Origin: Escherichia coli
Lineage (GTDB): Bacteria > Pseudomonadota > Gammaproteobacteria > Enterobacterales > Enterobacteriaceae
Assembly: GCF_003018115.1 (NCBI RefSeq)
Contig: NZ_CP027457.1
Strand: one strand, 5' to 3'
Length of the DNA stretch: 64,000 bases
Below are positions 60,585 through 64,000 of this stretch, in pieces. The position numbers were made by a program, and so were the translations under genes. How positions within the stretch are numbered: position 1 is the first letter of the stretch; the number at the start of each line of letters is the position of its first letter. A model generated the notes under the pieces. It searched no databases. It was given only the letters and a program-made list of their open reading frames with translations, and was not told where the DNA came from.

Positions 60585-61253
60585 ATGCAAGAAAGTATAC
60601 AACTGGTTATTGATTCCTTGCCGTTCCTGCTGAAAGGGGCTGGGTATACGCTGCAACTCAGTATCGGCGGCATGTTTTTTGGCTTATTACTCGGGTTTAT
60701 TCTCGCGCTGATGCGCCTGTCGCCAATCTGGCCCGTGCGCTGGCTGGCGCGTTTTTATATCTCTATTTTTCGTGGTACGCCGCTCATCGCACAACTGTTT
60801 ATGATCTATTACGGCCTGCCGCAGTTTGGCATCGAATTAGATCCCATTCCGTCAGCAATGATTGGTCTGTCGCTGAACACTGCCGCCTATGCTGCCGAAA
60901 CGCTGCGCGCCGCCATTTCTTCTATTGATAAAGGTCAGTGGGAAGCAGCTGCCAGTATTGGTATGACGCCATGGCAGACCATGCGTCGCGCGATTTTGCC
61001 ACAGGCGGCGCGGGTGGCGTTGCCGCCGCTGTCGAACAGCTTTATCAGCCTGGTAAAAGATACGTCGCTGGCCGCGACAATCCAGGTGCCGGAGCTGTTC
61101 CGTCAAGCGCAGTTGATTACCTCGCGCACGCTGGAGGTGTTCACCATGTACCTGGCGGCTTCGCTCATCTACTGGATCATGGCGACAGTATTATCGACGT
61201 TGCAGAACCATTTTGAGAATCAACTTAATCGCCAGGAGAGAGAACCAAAATGA
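60585..61253 (+). CDS. tcyL: L-cystine ABC transporter permease (222 aa)
   Basis: Polar amino acid ABC permease with EAA loop; matches YecS/TcyL. Confidence 0.85.
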   Translation: MQESIQLVIDSLPFLLKGAGYTLQLSIGGMFFGLLLGFILALMRLSPIWPVRWLARFYISIFRGTPLIAQLFMIYYGLPQFGIELDPIPSAMIGLSLNTAAYAAETLRAAISSIDKGQWEAAASIGMTPWQTMRRAILPQAARVALPPLSNSFISLVKDTSLAATIQVPELFRQAQLITSRTLEVFTMYLAASLIYWIMATVLSTLQNHFENQLNRQEREPK

Positions 61254-62002
61254 GTGCCATTGAAGTTAAGAACCTGGTGAAAAAATTTCACGGTCAGACG
61301 GTGCTGCACGGTATCGACCTTGAGGTAAAGCCTGGCGAAGTGGTGGCAATTATCGGTCCGAGTGGTTCCGGCAAAACCACGTTGCTACGTAGCATAAATC
61401 TGCTGGAACAACCGGAAGCGGGAACGATCACCGTTGGCGATATCACTATTGATACTGCACGTTCATTAAGTCAGCAAAAATCGCTGATTCGCCAGTTGCG
61501 TCAGCACGTCGGGTTTGTCTTCCAGAACTTTAATTTGTTTCCGCATCGTACGGTGCTGGAGAACATTATTGAAGGGCCGGTGATCGTCAAAGGCGAACCG
61601 AAAGAAGAGGCCACGGCGCGCGCTCGCGAGCTACTGGCAAAAGTTGGGCTGGCCGGTAAAGAAACCAGCTATCCACGTCGTTTGTCTGGCGGTCAACAGC
61701 AGCGTGTTGCGATTGCGCGTGCGCTGGCAATGCGTCCTGAGGTGATTTTGTTTGACGAGCCAACGTCAGCACTGGATCCAGAGCTGGTGGGCGAAGTCCT
61801 GAACACCATCCGTCAGCTGGCGCAGGAAAAGCGCACGATGGTGATTGTGACACACGAAATGAGCTTTGCCCGGGATGTTGCGGACCGGGCGATCTTTATG
61901 GACCAGGGGCGGATAGTCGAGCAGGGGGCCGCAAAAGCGTTATTTGCCGATCCCAAGCAGCCTCGCACCCGCCAGTTCCTCGAGAAGTTTCTGCTGCAAT
62001 AA
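61250..62002 (+). CDS. tcyN: L-cystine ABC transporter ATP-binding protein (250 aa)
   Basis: Walker A GPSGSGKTT, ABC signature LSGGQQQR, Walker B ILFDEPTSALD. Confidence 0.85.
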   Translation: MSAIEVKNLVKKFHGQTVLHGIDLEVKPGEVVAIIGPSGSGKTTLLRSINLLEQPEAGTITVGDITIDTARSLSQQKSLIRQLRQHVGFVFQNFNLFPHRTVLENIIEGPVIVKGEPKEEATARARELLAKVGLAGKETSYPRRLSGGQQQRVAIARALAMRPEVILFDEPTSALDPELVGEVLNTIRQLAQEKRTMVIVTHEMSFARDVADRAIFMDQGRIVEQGAAKALFADPKQPRTRQFLEKFLLQ

Positions 62003-62231
62003 TAAGAAAAAATCAGCCCCGACGATTCACCTGTCGGGGCGGGACGCCATTTCAAGCGTGATAAAACTGCTTAACAAATCAGCATAACTCATTAATAACA
62101 TAAGAGAATGCGATGGCTTGCAAAAGTAATTCATTGCCTGAATAATATAAATTATATATAAATCTTATTTATGTGATAGTTTGAATTATCATTATAAATG
62201 GTACTCACTCTCAGGGGCGTTGCGGTTTACT

Positions 62232-62954
62232 ATGCAGGATACGGATTTTTTCAGCTGGCGTCGCACGATGCTGTTGCGTTTTCAGAGGATGGAGACCGCA
62301 GAAGAGGTCTACCATGAAATTGAGCTTCAGGCTCAGCAGCTGGAGTACGATTACTATTCGTTATGTGTCCGCCACCCGGTACCATTCACTCGACCTAAAG
62401 TGGCTTTCTACACCAATTACCCTGAGGCGTGGGTTAGTTATTATCAGGCAAAAAACTTTCTCGCAATTGATCCGGTACTGAACCCTGAAAACTTTAGTCA
62501 GGGCCATCTAATGTGGAATGATGACTTATTCAACGAAGCACAGCCGTTATGGGAAGCCGCGCGCGCACATGGTTTACGCCGCGGTGTCACTCAGTATTTA
62601 ATGCTGCCAAACCGGGCGCTGGGCTTTTTGTCCTTTTCCCGTTGCAGCGCGCGCGAAATACCCATTCTTAGTGATGAACTGCAATTAAAAATGCAGTTAC
62701 TGGTGCGCGAAAGTCTGATGGCTCTGATGCGTTTAAATGATGAAATAGTGATGACGCCAGAGATGAATTTCAGCAAGCGCGAAAAAGAAATTCTGAGGTG
62801 GACGGCGGAAGGGAAGACATCAGCAGAGATAGCGATGATTTTGTCAATCTCTGAGAATACGGTCAATTTCCACCAGAAAAACATGCAGAAAAAAATTAAT
62901 GCACCAAATAAGACCCAGGTTGCCTGTTACGCGGCCGCTACTGGCTTAATTTGA
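62232..62954 (+). CDS. sdiA: LuxR-family quorum-sensing regulator SdiA (240 aa)
   Basis: N-terminus MQDTDFFSWRRTMLLRFQ..., autoinducer-binding domain and C-terminal LuxR HTH. Confidence 0.85.
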   Translation: MQDTDFFSWRRTMLLRFQRMETAEEVYHEIELQAQQLEYDYYSLCVRHPVPFTRPKVAFYTNYPEAWVSYYQAKNFLAIDPVLNPENFSQGHLMWNDDLFNEAQPLWEAARAHGLRRGVTQYLMLPNRALGFLSFSRCSAREIPILSDELQLKMQLLVRESLMALMRLNDEIVMTPEMNFSKREKEILRWTAEGKTSAEIAMILSISENTVNFHQKNMQKKINAPNKTQVACYAAATGLI

Positions 62955-62983
62955 TCTCTTTTCTGTCCTGCGTGCCAGATGCA

Positions 62984-63019
62984 AAAACCGGCTGAAAGGC
63001 ACGCTATCAGCCGGTTTTA
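62984..63019. terminator. Bidirectional hairpin terminator between sdiA and yecF
   Basis: AAAAACCGGCTGA...TCAGCCGGTTTT with A-run and T-run on the two sides, between convergent stops. Confidence 0.55.
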
Positions 63020-63021
63020 TA

Positions 63022-63246
63022 TTACTGACGGTAGGCTTGTTTAATTTGCTTAACCGTTTTGGAAAATACTGCAGCCTGGGTTTCGTCTTCGATCAGCGCA
63101 AGCTGTTTTTCCATCTTTAACATCACGCGGCCCGCGTCAGCTTGTCCCATCGCCTGCAGCATCAGCGTCAGCATCGCTTTCAGGCAGGAGACTTCATTTG
63201 CCAGTTCTTGATTATTCTCGGCAGTAGAAAAATCAGGCGTACTCAT
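63022..63246 (-). CDS. yecF: Small protein YecF (74 aa)
   Basis: Sequence [34 protein letters not shown]...; conserved position next to sdiA. Confidence 0.75.
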
Positions 63247-63704
63247 TTATTTTCCTCGTCATGTTGCAATGAAAATTTGCGGTGAAAAATGTTAAGGCGG
63301 CGGAGTATACCATAAGCTTTGTTAAAAATAGCAGTGGTTGTTTTTTGAGCGTGTCGTCAACGGTGCTATTAAATGCGTTAATATAATGACCAATAAATAT
63401 TTTTATCATGAATGTTTTTTGCCCGTATTGTTCGGGTTAATTAATGTTACATATTCAGCGGGCTGATTTTCATTTTTGCTGAATAAAGGTAATTTTTGTC
63501 ACATTTCGTCGCAGGGCTTACTGTGAAACGATCCGGTAAGCCGTTGGTGACGGGCGTGACCATAACTGTGGACAATCGAATTGACAAAAACGAGAGAAAA
63601 ATCGAATACCCACCATTTTTAACGTTTCAAAGTTGCAATAAAAACCGCTAATATACGAATGACTAACTATCAGTAGCGTTATCCCTATTTCTGGAGATAT
63701 TCCT

Positions 63705-64000
63705 TTGATCAACGTTCTACTTGTTGATGACCACGAACTGGTGCGCGCAGGGATACGACGCATTCTGGAAGATATAAAGGGTATAAAAGTCGTCGGTGAG
63801 GCATCGTGCGGTGAAGACGCCGTTAAGTGGTGCCGGGCAAATGCCGTTGACGTGGTGCTAATGGACATGAGTATGCCGGGCATTGGCGGTCTTGAGGCGA
63901 CGCGTAAAATCGCGCGTTCCACAGCTGATGTCAAAATCATCATGCTTACCGTCCATACAGAAAACCCTTTACCAGCGAAAGTCATGCAGGCCGGTGCTGC
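63705..64000 (+). CDS. uvrY: Response regulator UvrY (BarA partner), N-terminal receiver domain only; 3-prime end beyond the window
   Basis: TTG start with GGAG RBS; translation INVLLVDDHELVRAGIRRILEDIKGIKVVGEASCGEDAVKWCR... matches UvrY. Missing from the ORF track because it runs off the window end. Confidence 0.8.
   Translation, partial: MINVLLVDDHELVRAGIRRILEDIKGIKVVGEASCGEDAVKWCRANAVDVVLMDMSMPGIGGLEATRKIARSTADVKIIMLTVHTENPLPAKVMQAGA

Noticed and set aside
63518-63985. 155-aa minus-strand ORF at the window end
   Set aside because: It is antisense to the recognisable uvrY receiver-domain coding sequence on the plus strand.

Overview
This window reads as a contiguous stretch of Escherichia coli-type chromosome, in reverse-complement orientation relative to the usual K-12 map (gene order recalled from memory, no database search was possible). 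Gene order: amn (partial) - shiA - yeeL - yeeJ - asnT - mtfA - serU - yodB - zinT - msrQ/msrP - hiuH - hprR/hprS - hchA - yedS - yedR - yedJ - dcm/vsr - yedA - yedI - yodC - dgcQ - yedP - dsrA - yodD - dsrB - rcsA - fliR through fliE - [emrE, ybcL-like, ybcM-like, NmpC-like porin] - yedK - yedF/yedE - yedD - amyA - fliT/fliS/fliD - fliC - fliA/fliZ - tcyJ - dcyD - tcyL/tcyN - sdiA - yecF - uvrY (partial). Most of it is well-characterised core genome (flagellar region III, HOCl/copper stress genes, cystine uptake, Dcm/Vsr). I found no convincing evidence for a wholly undescribed multi-gene system. The parts that look strain-variable and merit follow-up are: (1) a four-gene islet between fliE and yedK whose homologues I recall as cargo of the K-12 DLP12 prophage, here with no phage genes; (2) a very long yeeJ inverse-autotransporter gene with near-identical internal tandem repeats, next to an apparently intact yeeL glycosyltransferase; (3) an apparently intact yedS porin; (4) a fliC allele with a long central variable region. 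Coordinates of CDS starts were chosen by matching recalled N-termini and local RBS context, so some starts are uncertain by a few codons.
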